A stretch of 64,000 bases of DNA from Fonticula alba ATCC 38817 (GCA_000388065.2 KB932202.1); one strand, 5' to 3'; counted from the stretch's first letter, positions 35,267-48,883 are shown. Made by a program: numbers and translations. The notes: generated by a model not told the origin, from the letters alone.

Positions 35267-36723
35267 CGGTGGCCCTCCGTAGGTCTGGCAGTACATCACT
35301 CTGATGAAGCGCCTGTACCTCATCGACTGCCCGGGTGTGGTGTACCCCACCGGTGACAGTGAGTCGGACATCGTCCTGAAGGGTGTTGTCCGTGTGGAGA
35401 ACCTCCGCGACCCGGAGTTCCACATCGATGAGGTGCTCAAGCGCGTCAAGCCGGAGTACATTGTCAAGACCTATGGTGTCGAGAAGTGGACCGACTGCTT
35501 CGACTTCCTCGGCCAGATTGCCACCCGGTCCGGTAAGCTGCTGAAGGTGCGTCGTGTGCCTCACGCGGCTGGCTTGCCTTTGCCGGGCGGGGTTTTCCTT
35601 TTCTTTTTTTCTTTTTCGCCCGGCCCCTCCACCTCGGTGGTTTTCCTGCCCCGCATGCTGACACCGTCCCCCCCCCCTCCCCCCCTCCCCACGCCCCTCC
35701 CGCTTGCTCGGATGGAAAATGCGGACAACATGCTGACAGGGTGGCGAGCCGGACATCCCTACCGTGGCCAAGATGGTGCTCAATGACTTCATTCGCGGGC
35801 GCATTCCCTTCTTCGTGCCGCCGCCCCCCCTGTCCGAGGAGGAGCTGGCCGAGAAGACCAAGCACGCCGTCACGCCGGTCACCCAGATCCTCTCGAAGAT
35901 CATGGTGTCGGCCGATTGGAGCCGTGCCGACCTGCGTGACACCACTGCCAGCAAGAAGCCGTCCACTGGTGAGGCCGGTGCTGATGCCGACGGCGCCACC
36001 GACCAGCCGGAGGATGCCGAGGTTACCGCCGCCGCCGATGAGGCCGAGACCGAGGAGGGTGTCATCGATTGGGACGAGATTTTCGGTGACGCCGTCGATG
36101 AGGGCACTGGTGCTCCTCCTCCCAGTGCCGCGGCTCCTGGCGCCTCGGCTGGCAAGCGCTCGCGCGCCGACGCCGCCGATGACGAGGAGAAGGACGCGGC
36201 CCCGGCCGGGGAAAAGGCCAAGAAGGCCCGTGCCCTCGGTGAGGAGGCCTACGAGGATTATGTGCCCTTCGACCCGACCGCCGAGACCGCTGCCGATGGC
36301 GACTCTTCCGCCTCCGAGGGCGAGCAGGAGGATGGCTCGGATTCGGATGACGCTGGCTCCGCCAGCGAGGATGAGGGTGCCCCCTCCGGCAAGAAGGCCG
36401 CCTCCGGGGCCAAGCGCCCGGCCGCCGGGGCCAAGAAGCTGGCTCTCACCAAGGCCGTCAAGGCCCGCGCCACTCGTGCCCAGCAGATCATGGTCCGTGC
36501 CATGCGCAAGGGCGCCTCGCCGGAGGCCGCTGCCGAGCTGGCTGCCCAGCAGGTGGCCGAGTCCAAGGCCCAGCGTGAGGCCGCCGCCGAGGAGGCCGCC
36601 AAGCGCCCCGCCAAGGCCGGCAACTTCTACGCCGTTGCCAACGTGAAGAATCGCAACCGCGACAAGGTGAACTCCGTGGCCCAGAAGACGGCCATTGCGC
36701 GCGCCCATGCCCGCCGCCGCTAA
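33552..36723 (+). CDS. NOG2: Nucleolar circularly permuted GTPase Nog2/GNL2 (multi-exon)
   Basis: NGP1NT region ([34 protein letters not shown]), then G4 NKCD, G1 GYPNVGKSS and G3 DCPG in the permuted order. Acidic/basic tail. Confidence 0.97.
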
Positions 36724-37563
36724 AAGGGAGCGAAAATGAGTGGCCCCCGAGATATGCTCTCTCTCTCTCTCCCTCTACCCCCTCCCCCTTTCTCGTCCCC
36801 CCCCCCCCTGCCCCTTTCTCGCCTTCCCCTCTGCTTCTTTGCTGCTTTCTAGACACATGCACAAATGAGACCCTGTATCATAGTAGCAATACATAAATAC
36901 GTTCCCCACCACGAGCGTGCGTGGGCCCTAAGTCGGGGGAGGGAGAGGCGAGGTAGGCAGAGCACAAAGATACCCCCGCCGCCGCGAGCCGCCTTCCCCC
37001 GGGCATCTTTACTCCCCCCCCCCCCGCCAGCGGCGCTTTTCAGTGATTCCAACAGCGTTAGGCCGTCCGCGAAGATAAACCCCATGTCCCCACGCATAAG
37101 GCCGCTACAGGGCTCGGGTCAGACCCACCATGAATGTGGTGTGATCTGTTCACGTGTTGGGGTGTGACGTTTCCCGATTGGGGCCAGGGATTATGTTGGG
37201 AAGGGAGATTCTGTTGCCGGCCGGCGATCAGCGGGCTCGCTCTCCCCCCCCCTTCGATCAGATCCCCCCAGCGGGTCTTCCGAGTGGTCAGGGGTGATAG
37301 CGATGCGGGGAGGGGGAACACTCCCGAACGCTAGAGCGATGTCGCCTGTTCCTCTCCATCGCGCCGCGCTCCTCAAGGGGATGGGTGCCGCTCTTCCCGG
37401 GGCCGGAGGCCACACGATTTGCATCCACCCTCTCCCCCCCTCGCCCCCTCCACTTCGCCTCTCCCTCCGCCCACTTCCTTTGAGCCTTCTCCTTCCCTCC
37501 CCTCTCTTGTCCGCTTAACCTCGCGGCCACCACCGCGCTGCCGCCGCCGCCCCCGCACCAAGC

Positions 37564-40153
37564 ATGCTTGGCCAACGGTCTCTTCCTCTGAAATCGCCCA
37601 TTCCCCCATCGTGGACGTACGTTCCATTTGGCCGATCATCTCCCCACCCGGTGCCTGTTTCATCCTGCTCACCCTGGCGGTTTCCCTCTTGCTGCGAATT
37701 AGCGTACCGTGGGTGCTGGACGTCCAGCCGGCCGCCTATCTGGGCGACCTTTTCCTGGGGTCGCCCATTTCCGACATCTTGGCCCAGTTTGAACGATCGC
37801 CAACCACGATCCTCCATCAATTCGTCGTGCGCTATGATCGCAGGGTACATATTTCCACGCTGTTGCTGGCATCGCATGTGGGAGGGGGGGCAAGGGGCAA
37901 TAAGCCGTCCGGCCATCTGACTCTCGGTCCCTGGTTAGCCCAACTCCCCGGCTCCTCACCTGCAACTGGACGTCGCATCGCGCCAAGTGACCCTGCATTT
38001 CCACCCGGTCTGCCAGCGTCTGTGCTTGATTGATGTGACCATCTCTCAGGCGGTCCACCTGTCCTACCGCGGCTCGCTCTTCTTGTGCGCCCCTCCCCCT
38101 TCGCGACTTCTCCGCCTGCTCCTCCTCCTCCTGCTCCTCCTCCTCCTCCTGTGGCATGGCCGGCTGACCATGACATTGGACACCCTTTTTTTTCCGTCCG
38201 CCCCTCCACTTGCCCGCCCCCACCCACTTGAGCAGCTCCAACACCGGCCCCATCACCCCGGATGACATTATCGATGCCTTCGGCCTTACGAAGAGCCCCG
38301 TGTTCGGGGGGTTTGTCGGGGGCAACGGCGCAACAGCCATCGCCATCCTGGACTACCCGGGGATCAGCTTTGTTTTCCACTTCCCTGCAGCCGGCCTCGG
38401 GGAAGCCCGACGCCCGGCCATCGGTGAGAGCATCCGCTTTCCCACACGCCTGCCATCGGTTTGCCAACGGGTGCTCATTCACGCGGATACCGCCCTGCTG
38501 GATGTTCCCCACTCGACGGGGCTGGATCCGCTGGATGCGCAACACTCGCACAGGCAGTCGTACCCTCATGCCGCCGGCTGGTCGCAGCATTCCCCGCCGA
38601 TGGCTGGCACCGAACAATGTGGGTCCGGCGGCCGGTCGCCCCGGCTGATGGCGGACCCGGTTTTCGGCGGCCGAAATGTCCATCTGCCGCTGCTCTGGCC
38701 GAAGCGCCCGCCGCCGACGGTCTCGCCTCTGCAGCCGGCCCACGAGCCGGTGGTTCTTTTCCTGGATGCGCTGCCGCTGGCCGTGTCGCGATCCTTCTGC
38801 GAAACGGTCCCGGCTTTGGTGTTCCCCTTGCGGCGGCTGGTTGTTCGGCTTGGGCAGGGCAGTCAATCGATCCAGGACCGCCTGGGGGCCCCGTGTGCCG
38901 TGCATTACCCCTCGGCGGCGCGGCTGCTCCCACGAGTGGGGGCCGGGGGACCCGCGTCGGCCCTCGGACCCGGGGAGTCGACCGCTGTGGCAGCCACCCC
39001 GCCGGTGGTTTCCTCGCCGGCGGCCGCGCACGCCATCTACCATGATCGGGCCCTGGCCGCCCTCCGACTGGCCAATGAGAACCTCCGTGCCTCGGGCGAA
39101 TTGCCAGCAAGTGTGCAAGTGTCCAGCATGTCCACGATGCTGGATCTGCACCCGCTGACCGTCGATCGGGCCCAGCTGGTGGACGCCGTGCGCCAGCATT
39201 CATCCGGGCACTCATATGGGCTCGGGCATTCGGTGGGCAATGCCCTGCCGCTGGCGGACCTGGCCGGGTCGGCCAGCGGCCGGCCCGGCAACAATGACTA
39301 TATCCTGCACTATGCCATCCTCGGTGTGGATATCTTGGTGTGCGGGGTGTCGCACCGGGCCATGCGCTTCATCCTGCGCACCAATGTCCCCGGCCACGCG
39401 GGGTTCGGCCGCGTACGCCGGTGCAACTTCCAGGTGGTCAGCGACCGGGCGCTGGCCGGTCCGGAGGCTCGACGCCTGCTGGAACTGGACGAAATGGACT
39501 TGGCCATCGGGGCCGGCTGGCGGCCCGGGCCCTCCTCGTCCGGCTCGGGGGTGGTCTCCCCGAATCCATCCTCCTCGGCTTCTGTCTCCTCTTCCTCCTC
39601 CTCGGACGCGGGGGAGGGTGCCCGTTCGGGGCCGGGGTCAGGCTCAAATGCCAGTCTGCTGGACCGCTCGGTCACCGGGCTTTCCTTCTTCTGGGATGCT
39701 GACTGGCAGCTCCTCCGCCGGGCCCTGGCATCGACTCCCTTCGGTGTGCTGCCAGTTCGGGCGCCAGGGGACGGCCCCGTGGCATCGGTCTCCGGCCTGG
39801 ACACACAGCAGCCGTACCTCTTCGTGGATGAGTCGGGCTCCGACGCGCTGGGGACCTTTGGTCCAACGGCCTTGGACGGCTTTGTCGTGGTTCCGCCCTC
39901 TCCGGCACGGGGCGCATTCGAGCAGTCCGCCCCTTTGAGCCCCTCGGACCCGAGCTTCTGGACGGTGGGACCCACCGCCGAGGTGGACCCGGAGGAGGTT
40001 CCTTTGCGATCGGCCGACACCGGAGCCCCGATGGAAACGCGGGCTGTGTGCTTTTCGGTCGAGTCGACCCGCGCCGGGCAGGTGGCCTCGGTCAGTACCT
40101 TCCTCGGGCGATGGGTGGCTGGACGCCAACACACCGCGAGCCCACTGCTCTGA
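37564..40153 (+). CDS. PHAF1: UPF0183 / PHAF1 (C16orf70)-like protein with long low-complexity insertions
   Basis: Contains VLDVQPAAYLGDLFLGSPI, FHPVCQRLCLIDV, DYPGISFVF and DYILHYAILGVDILVCGVSHRAMRFILRTNVPGHAGFGRVRRCNF. These match remembered UPF0183 motifs (NYFxLGxDILF...KFVLHTNxPGH...RC). Exon 1 (ATG 37564) splices in frame to exon 2. Confidence 0.85.
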
Positions 40154-41985
40154 GGGTGTAAGCGCGCACTCCAACCTCCATGAGGCGAGTGACGGGGCAG
40201 ACCAGCACCCGGACGGGTTGCTCCTCTCCCTCTCTGCACCGACGCCGCTTCTACACCTGGATGCACTTATGCGAGGGGTGGGGGGGGGGGGGTGGAAACG
40301 CGAAGGACCCTCATTCATTCACACACAACACACATGCGTATGCGCGCACACGCGCACACATATACATACATCCACGTCCCCGGGGTTTCCCCCCCCCCCC
40401 TGGCCCCTCCTCCCCCCTATCCAGCACCAGGCCTCGTCCTTGATCACAGAAGGGCATCTGCACCCACACCTGCATGTGGGGGTACACATGCGCACAAAAT
40501 CTGCCGCGGGACCCCTCCTGCCCCCCTGTGCTCGCCGTGCCTCCAAAGGGCAAGGCGAGCATGCCGGGCCGCGAGCTGCGCGTCTACCGGTGACCATCTT
40601 GGCAAGCACAGCAAATGCACCACCCCAACTCCTCTGCTGTGTTGTTGTTCGTGCGGGAGCGGAGGGCGGGAGAGAAACAAAGAGGGAGGGACACGGAAAG
40701 AGAGGGGGCGAGAAAAGAGGAAAGGGGAGAGAGATCGCGGGGAAGATCGCCGGCGAAAAGGCCTGATGCTTAATTGCCGAATGAGGCAGAAGAAACACCG
40801 GAGAACGGGAGCCTGTATCACCGACGCCAGCAGAAGGATAGCCCAGTTAGTGGTGTTTCTTTCCGACCTATTTCGTGTGCACCGAGCTTCTTCTGACAAG
40901 TTGAACGGCCCCCGGACAAAATGCGGCCGGGCATGGGCCCGAGGTGCCTGCGCTCCGGGCTATGCCGGCCCGCCAAGAGCCAAGAGCGGCGGGGGGCGGG
41001 GCAAGCCCGACACTTTCACATGTGAGCGCGATCACTGTGTCCATGGCATGGGCTTGCAGGATGTTGGGTCGGTCGGGCGTCGGCCCTGCAATGATACTCC
41101 ACAGGCCAGGCTGCGGGTGAGTCGGGGGGGGGGGNNNNNNNNNNNNNNNNNNNNNNNNNNNNNNNNNNNNNNNNNNNNNNNNNNNNNNNNNNNNNNNNNN
41201 NNNNNNNNNNNNNNNNNNNNNNNNNNNNNNNNNNNNNNNNNNNNNNNNNNNNNNNNNNNNNNNNNNNNNNNNNNNNNNNCCCCCCCCCCCCCCCGGCACC
41301 CATACCTCGGCCTCTGTTTCCGTGCCCGCGCTTGGACCCGACCTCCGGCGGCCAAAGACCGCCCTTGGTCTTGCCCCCACATCCAGGTCCCCCTGTCGGC
41401 GCGGCGGGGCTCAGAGGTGCCAGGGCCCAGCCTGCCGGGGCCTTGTCTTTTGGATCATCCTTCTTCCCGAGAGCGCCCACGCACGCGAACACGCCTCACC
41501 CTCGAAGGGGGCCCCACACAGATTGTCCACCAGCTAGCCCTTTTCGGATCCGGGCCATCATCCCGATCTGGCTCCAGGCCCCTGTGAATCGGCGAGCAGG
41601 GAACACGCACACAGACACACACACACACACCCACACATACACATACATACATACATACACAAGGCCCGGGCAAGATGAAACGCGCCCGGAGTTGGGCCCC
41701 CTTCTTGCGCCCACATCAGATCCGGCCTCCCGGGTGCGAGCTTTTTTTCGTCGCCCGGCTGCCACCTACGTGTGCCACGCCCCCCAGACACACGCACCCC
41801 TCCCCATTCCCTCCCCCCTTTTTTTGCCTATTCCTCCCTCGCCCCCCCCCCTCTCCCCCCTCGCCCATCCCTACGGAGATCGTCTTGCTGACGCGAGGCT
41901 GCCCTCTCCCCGTCTCCCGGCCATCGCCGTCAGCCGCCTCTACTCGCTTCGGTCCCTGCCCTCGGCGCTGCTCCCCCGTCCGAAG

Positions 41986-44900
41986 ATGAGCAGCGCGCCG
42001 TACTCCTCGTCGCCAAGCGACCTCTTCCTGAACAAGAGCTCGGCCAGCCTGTCCATCATGGAGAGCCTCTCCCTGTCGGGACATGTGGGCCGGCAGTCGC
42101 TCGCGGCCGCCACCCGGGGCGATCCGCTTGTGGACGTGCTCCTGGACGCCACCTCGCCCCATGGCGCGGACATGGACTTCCTCTCCAGCATCGGCCCAGC
42201 TGGGCGGCCACCTTCGCGGGATTTCGCCGCCGCCTCCCTCCGGTCTTCCCTCTACTCGCCGATCAGCTCCGATGCCCTGCTCCAGGCCCCGGGGCTGTCG
42301 CCGACCACTGGCTTTGGTAGTTTCACCTCCGGGGGAAGCACCTCCCCAGGGCCTGTGCGGCCTGGGACCTGCCGGTGCCCCCCCTCTTCCCGGCCACATG
42401 GCGGCCCTGGCACTCCGGACGTCTGCCACCGGTGCCTCAATGCGCAACTTTACTCCTCGCCGGATGGGGGGACGCCCACCGCCTCGGGGCAAGTTCCGCG
42501 CGACACCGGACCCGATGCTCGGGCCCTGGCGGACAGCGTGTCAGACGGTGCGCCGCCAAGAGCCCCCTCCCCTCCGCATGGCACCATCTATGTTCCTCTC
42601 GCCCGCGCTCTCCCTCTCTCTCTCTCTCTCTCCCTCTTCCTTCTCTTCCCTCCCCGCAGGAGCACGTTTGGCTGACACTCCAGACCCCCCCCCCCTCCTG
42701 GGTATTTTTGCCCCCATCACAGAGGTCGTCCTCTTTCCCCGCGGCCCGGAAAAGCATGTGCGCGTACGCCGGTATCGAGGTCTGCCCACGCGCGAGCGGG
42801 CCCTCGGTATCCTTCGGGAGACTGAGCGAGCTCTGTGCTCGCTGACCATGGCCTGCTCGTCGGCCGTGATCTCCGTGCCGCGCAATGGCTTCGACAGCGA
42901 TCCGGAGGCATCTATCGGCATGCCGATCGACCAGGGTGACGAACAGTCATGGCTGCCGGCACACTTCCACGAGGCGTCCGCGGGCTCCGGGACCGGCAGC
43001 GGCGCCCGATCCGTACCTCATGGTGGTCCCTTCCCCCGGTATCCGAAGACCTACCTCGAAGCTTTGGATTGTGCGTGCCTTTCGCGCGTCGGCCTCCTCT
43101 CCGGCAGGCAGGCAGGCAGGCAAGGACCGCCCGCGGGTTTCCCCTCTTCTCCCCCTCTTTCGCCTTCCCCCCTCCCCGCCCGCCAGCGGCCCTTCTGCTG
43201 ACAAGTGAGTGTGTCCTGGTGTGCCTGGCTGCCGGCCTGCCCTTTTCCTTTCGCCTCAGGCCTCATTGAGATCATTCCTCGACTGCATGACATGTCGCGC
43301 TTGCTGCGTGAACGCTTCGACCCGGACTACGCCTCCGGCCTGGGCCATGGGCGGCCGGCGGGATCCTTGCCCCCGGATTTGGCGCTCACCGTGTCGGTTG
43401 GCTGCCAGTCGGTCCTGCGTGTGTTGCTCAGCTACTCGGTGGCCCTGCGCTTCCGGATCTTCGAGGCCGAGGGCTGGCTCACCCAGGGCGAGGCTCCCCA
43501 AAGCCGCCTGGTCCTCTTTGGCGGTGGGGACGCCGAGCGGCCGCAGTCTGCCTCGGAGGCGGCATCCATGAGGGCCGCCCCGTCGGCCACCGGCACCCCC
43601 GGCTGCTTGTCAGCTGCGTTCTGGCAACGGCGCCGGTCGCGGCAAATTGTGGTGCGCGAGGCCCGCAAGGCCGCCGGCATGCTGGACATCTTTACCCTGG
43701 CGGTCAATGTGCAGCTGGCCCAGGCGGACCGGCCTCCTGGACATGTTGGTGGTCCGGGCACAGTCGGTGTGCTTTCCGAGCAGGATCCTCTTTTCAGGTC
43801 GCGCTCGTCCGACAGTCCGTTTGTCCTGGAGGACGACCTGATTCGCAATCCGGCCCTTCGCAAGTGGGAGGATCTACTGCACCAATTTGACCCGTATCCC
43901 TTCTTTGCAAACCCGGGCTACTTCGTGCGTCACATGCTCTCTCTCTCTCCCACTCGATGCTCTTTCGGGGATAGCCGACCCATCCCCGAGGCCGACTACT
44001 TACACGCATGCCGAAACACCCACCCACGCGCGTGTACATCACCTGCCCAGCTTGTGGACCGGATCACCCTCTTCAATTACCTGCTCGTTCAGGCGACTGC
44101 CTCGGCGTCGCAGTCGATGACCTACTCCTCTGCCCTATTCAAGACCCTCTCCTTCGGGGTGTGGAACTTCCTGTACACGTTCAGCTATGACCGGGCGGCC
44201 AAGCGGGCAGCGCATTGCCTTTCTTCGCTGGCGCACGATTTCGACTTTGTCAAGTTCCTGTGGAACCTGCCCGAGACGCCGGGCATTCGGAACATGTTCG
44301 AATTCATGTATCACGACGTGCCGAACGACGAAATGTTTTCCATCCCCTCCTTCCGCCACCGTCCAAACTCTTGGTTCTGGGATGCCCCGCCGGCGCCGGC
44401 CGGCGTGACCTACCGGATTCCATCCCCCGGGCCCGGCGGCTTCGGAACCGTGCCCAGCCCGGTGCCAGACCGGGCGGCGCCATTTGTTTCGTACGATGCG
44501 GCCGGCTTCGGCGGTGGCCCGGCCGCACGCCCTGGCTCATCACAGTCATCCCCCGGGTCGCTGCAGCATGGTAGCCATGCCTCCTCGGCGCCCCGGTGGC
44601 CGGCTGCCAGCCAGAGGCCCCGGGTCCATTCGCACAATGAACTGGCCGACATCGCGGATGCTCCTTCGGATGGGAACCTCGGCGCCTTCAGCGAGTCGAC
44701 TGCGCTGCTCGATGCGGAGGCCCGGATCCGCCGTTTCGACTCGCTGGAGGCCGATGTGACCGAGCAGGCGACTCGTGCGCGCGGGCTCTCGCGTCCCCCC
44801 TCGAAGGAGCAGATGGCTGGCGATCCGTGGGCGGCTGCTGCATCGACCACGGCCCCGACCCCGCCCGATTCCGGATCGGACGCCTCGCTTCCAGGCTCGG

Positions 44901-47051
44901 AGCAAGTCTTCCCGGCCGGTGGTCTATACATGTATCCCCCGGTCAAGCATCCCCTGCTGAAGATGCCCCCCCTGCCGGCCGACTACCAGCATGAGTATAT
45001 CCGTGCCCGGTACGTATTGGGCTCGGGCCAGCATGTGCAGTGGGCGTGGGAATTTGAATGCCGCTCCTCCCCTCCTTGGGGCACAACACATGAAAAAGGT
45101 GTATTGACTCGCGATTGGCACCCTCGACGGTCTTTCCCGTAGGTTCATTTCCACGACCAGTCTTCCCTTTACGCGCACGCTGAAGTCCCGCGTCCGGCAA
45201 CTGCCCTTCCGCATTTTCGTCAAGGATGAGGAGCCCAGCTATGAGCGGATGGTTGGCGGCCTGTGTGCGTGTTCTTTTTTTTTTTCCTGGTCCACTTTGT
45301 GGCCAAAGAGGCAGCCTTGCATGGTGGAAATGCCCCCCCCCCCCTTCCCTGCCTACTCACCTCATTTGCGTGCCTGCATGCATGCCTGTTGGGCCTTGTG
45401 CAGATGGTGACATCCATCTTGATTATCCCCTGATCCCGGAGCTCACCCCGGCACTGATCTTCCACGTCCATGGCGGCGGCTTCGTGGCCATGACCTCCTT
45501 CTCACATGGGAATTACATGCGCCAGTGGGCCCTGGACACGGGGCTGCCGATCCTCTCGGTGGACTATCGCCTTGCGCCGGACTTCCCGTTTCCAGTGCAA
45601 CTGGAGGAGTGTTGGCAGGCGTATAGGTGGGCCGTGCGCAATGCTCAGCGCCTCGGCACCTCGGCCGAGCGTATCATCATCGTGGGCGACTCGGCTGGCG
45701 GCAACCTGGCCACTGCATTGACTCTCAAGGTGAGTTCTGCCCAGTGGGTCGGTCCTTCTTTTCTTTCTTTTCCCCGGACGCGCACTCAAGTGCATCATCT
45801 CCCTGCCGCGTCCCCTTCCTCGCTCTTCGCCTCCTTTGCCTGTGTCTGCCTCCCGATCCCCCATGACTGGCTATCGACTGACATTTGTGGCAGATCATCG
45901 CCGAGGGCTTCCGCCGGCCGGACCTGCTGGTGCTGGCCTACCCGGCCCTGTACCTCATGAACTCGCCCTCTTGCTCGCGAGCCCTCTCTGCTTTTGATCC
46001 GATGCTCAACCTGAATGTCCTCATTCAGGTTCTGCGCGCGTACAATCCAACACACTCAGGTACACACATGTCCCTGACACACACACACACACACACACAC
46101 ACANNNNNNNNNNCCCCCGGCCTTGCCTCGCTCCCCACCTCCCGGGATAGTCCTCTTTCCATCGTCCCTGGGTGCATCATGTCACGGAGGCTCCGCCGCG
46201 CGGCAGCCCCCCAACGGGCTCCGCAAATCCTACCAGATTCCGACTCGGATTTGGCCCTGAGTTCCAGCAGCGAGGACTCCGATGCCGGGGGCTATTCCAG
46301 CGACTCGGACGGCCGATCGTCCGACAGTGAGGCCGAGAACCGGCGCCGGACTGGCACGCGGTCTGGCGCCGGTGCGCGCCCCGGGCGCGCCGCGACGCGA
46401 TCTTCCACTCCAGCCACCACGCGCGCCCGACGTGGGGCCCCGGCTGCGCCGGCTGTGGAGCTCCCGCGAATCCGCCTGTCCGGGCGCACGGTGTCCACAC
46501 TGCCCCAGGGGTCCGGGTCCCCTGGCGGCCCGGCGGTTGTGGTGGCCGCCGGCTCGACACCCCGGAGCCTTCGTCTGCGGGTATCGACCTCGTCGCAGCG
46601 CTCGGACCCGACCATTGTCGAGCTGCTTAATCGTACGCCGAGGTCCAGCGACTCCCTGTCCCCCTCGGTGGCCTCGGACAGCCTGCTGTCGACCGACCCC
46701 TCGGCATCGAGCCCGGATTTGCTCGTGGCCGAATCCGCGGCGAGTGTGGTAGCGGCGGCGGCGGCGGCTTCCGGGCGCCCGGGCTCGACCGTCGGCGGGG
46801 CTCTCAGCCCCGAGCTGCTGGTATGGTGTCTGCCGGAGGAGGTTCCCTTCAAGGCGGCTGGTCGGCGGAGTTTGCAGGAGCGCCTGCGCACTGCGGCCGA
46901 GGCAGGCAAATCCCGCCGCGGCAGGGGTGCCTCGGCTGCTGGCGGCTCTGGCAGCTCGGCCGGCCCGACCCACCTGTCTGGTCGTCGTCTGCAAGGGGGG
47001 GGAAGGGAAGGAAGAGGGGGGGGGGGGGGGGGGATTGGCCGGACCACATAC

Positions 47052-47082
<31 letters not shown>

Positions 47083-48883
47083 TGTGTGTGCGTGTGTGTG
47101 TGTGTGTGTGCGTGTGTGTGTGGCGCGCGTTCCCTGTCGCGCGGCTATGCACCCCGCCTNNNNNNNNNNNNNNNNNNNNNNNNNNNNNNNNNNNNNNNNN
47201 NNNNNNNNNNNNNNNNNNNNNNNNNNNNNNNNNNNNNNNNNNNNNNNNNNNNNNNNNNNNNNNNNNNNNNNNNNNNNNNNNNNNNNNNNNNNNNNNNNNN
47301 NNNNNNNNNNNNNNNNNNNNNNNNNNNNNNNNNNNNNNNNNNNNNNNNNNNNNNNNNNNNNNNNNNNNNNNNNNNNNNNNNNNNNNNNNNNNNNNNNNNN
47401 NNNNNNNNNNNNNNNNNNNNNNNNNNNNNNNNNNNNNNNNNNNNNNNNNNNNNNNNNNNNNNNNNNNNNNNNNNNNNNNNNNNNNNNNNNNNNNNNNNNN
47501 NNNNNNNNNNNNNNNNNNNNNNNNNNNNNNNNNNNNNNNNNNNNNNNNNNNNNNNNNNNNNNNNNNNNNNNNNNNNNNNNNNNNNNNNNNNNNNNNNNNN
47601 NNNNNNNNNNNNNNNNNNNNNNNNNNNNNNNNNNNNNNNNNNNNNNNNNNNNNNNNNNNNNNNNNNNNNNNNNNNNNNNNNNNNNNNNNNNNNNNNNNNN
47701 NNNNNNNNNNNNNNNNNNNNNNNNNNNNNNNNNNNNNNNNNNNNNNNNNNNNNNNNNNNNNNNNNNNNNNNNNNNNNNNNNNNNNNNNNNNNNNNCCCCT
47801 GCTTCCTCCTTCCTCCGCCTCTCTCTCTCTCTCTTTGTGTATGTAGATCTCCCTGCCTTTCCCTTCCTTCTGTTGACCGCCTTCGTCGCCCTCTTCCATC
47901 CATGGCCTCCAGATCAAAACATTATGGCCCCACCGTCGGCCATCCCCCCGCGGCACTTCTGCGACGTGACTGGTCTCCCGGTGCGTGCCAAACCTCCTCT
48001 CCTCTTCTCCCTCCCTCGGACTGCCCCGGCCCCATGTGCATGTCGACACCTAACCCGTTGTCCCTTGTTGGCGGCCTGCCTGCCTGCCTGCGCCTGCCGA
48101 TGACTGTGTCTCGCTTGCCGGTCCCCCCCTCTCCCCCCCCCCCGCGGCCATAGTCCTCATACACCGACCCGACCACGCGCCTGCGCTTCTTCAATGCCGA
48201 GATCGGCCGGTTCATCGCCATCCTTCCTCGGCAGCTGAGCTCTTCCTACCTTTCGATACGCGGGGCTTCGCAGCCACCTTCCTACTAGTGGGGCATGGGG
48301 TCCTCCCCGAGTTTTTGTGCCTGTCCTCCCCCCCCCCCCCCCCCCCCCNNNNNNNNNNACACACACACACACACACACACACACATCCATGAGCATGAGG
48401 GAAGGGGCCCCGCTTCGCCGTGCTAACACCGCGCCCTTTCACGGATGGCTGCTTTCCCCAGAGTCGGCCTTCATTTCTCCCCTCCTGGCGCCGGATCAGG
48501 CGCTGGCGGAGTTCCCCCCGACGCGCATCGTGGTTGGCGAGTTCGATCCGCTCCTGGACGACTCGATCCATCTGTATACCCGCCTGCAGCAGGTGTCCCA
48601 CCAGGATGTGGAGATTTCAATTCGTCCCCGGCTGCCCCACGGGTTCCTCAATATGACGGATGTGGTGCCCGAGGCGCATGAGGCCGTCACCCTGGTGTCC
48701 CTTTGGATCAATGAGCAAATGTCCAAGTGGGGCTATCGGGCCCTATCTCTGGATGGAGCCACCACTGGGCAGACGACAAAAACGACGACGACGGCGACGA
48801 CAACTGCTGTTCCCGGGACGGCCGACGGTGCCACCACTGGCGCACCACCCCCGCGCGGGGGGGTGCCCCCTAGCGGGCGGTAA
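41986..48883 (+). CDS. LIPE: Hormone-sensitive lipase (LIPE-type, with HSL N-terminal domain); last exon lies beyond the IES6 block
   Basis: HSL_N-like DFDFVKFLWNLPE, oxyanion loop HVHGGGFVAMTS, DYRLAPDFPFP and nucleophile GDSAGGNL. The last exon (48462-48883) supplies FISPLLAPD, DPLLDDS (Asp) and LPHGF (His). Donor 46060 and acceptor 48461 join in frame. Confidence 0.9.
46179..48288 (+). CDS. IES6: INO80 complex subunit Ies6/INO80C (YL1-C domain); middle interrupted by an N gap
   Basis: C-terminal exons give NIMAPPSAIPPRHFCDVTGLP|SSYTDPTTRLRFFNAEIGRFIAILPRQLSSSYLSIRGAS, the Ies6 pattern APPS...CDxTGL..Y.DP.T.LR...YL.LR.A. Exon 1 ends with a PFK...SLQERL segment resembling INO80C. Confidence 0.8.

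Noticed and set aside
46179-46990. Ser/Asp-rich exon as the HSL regulatory module
   Set aside because: It has its own ATG and ends in an INO80C-like PFK...LQERL segment, so it fits IES6 better.
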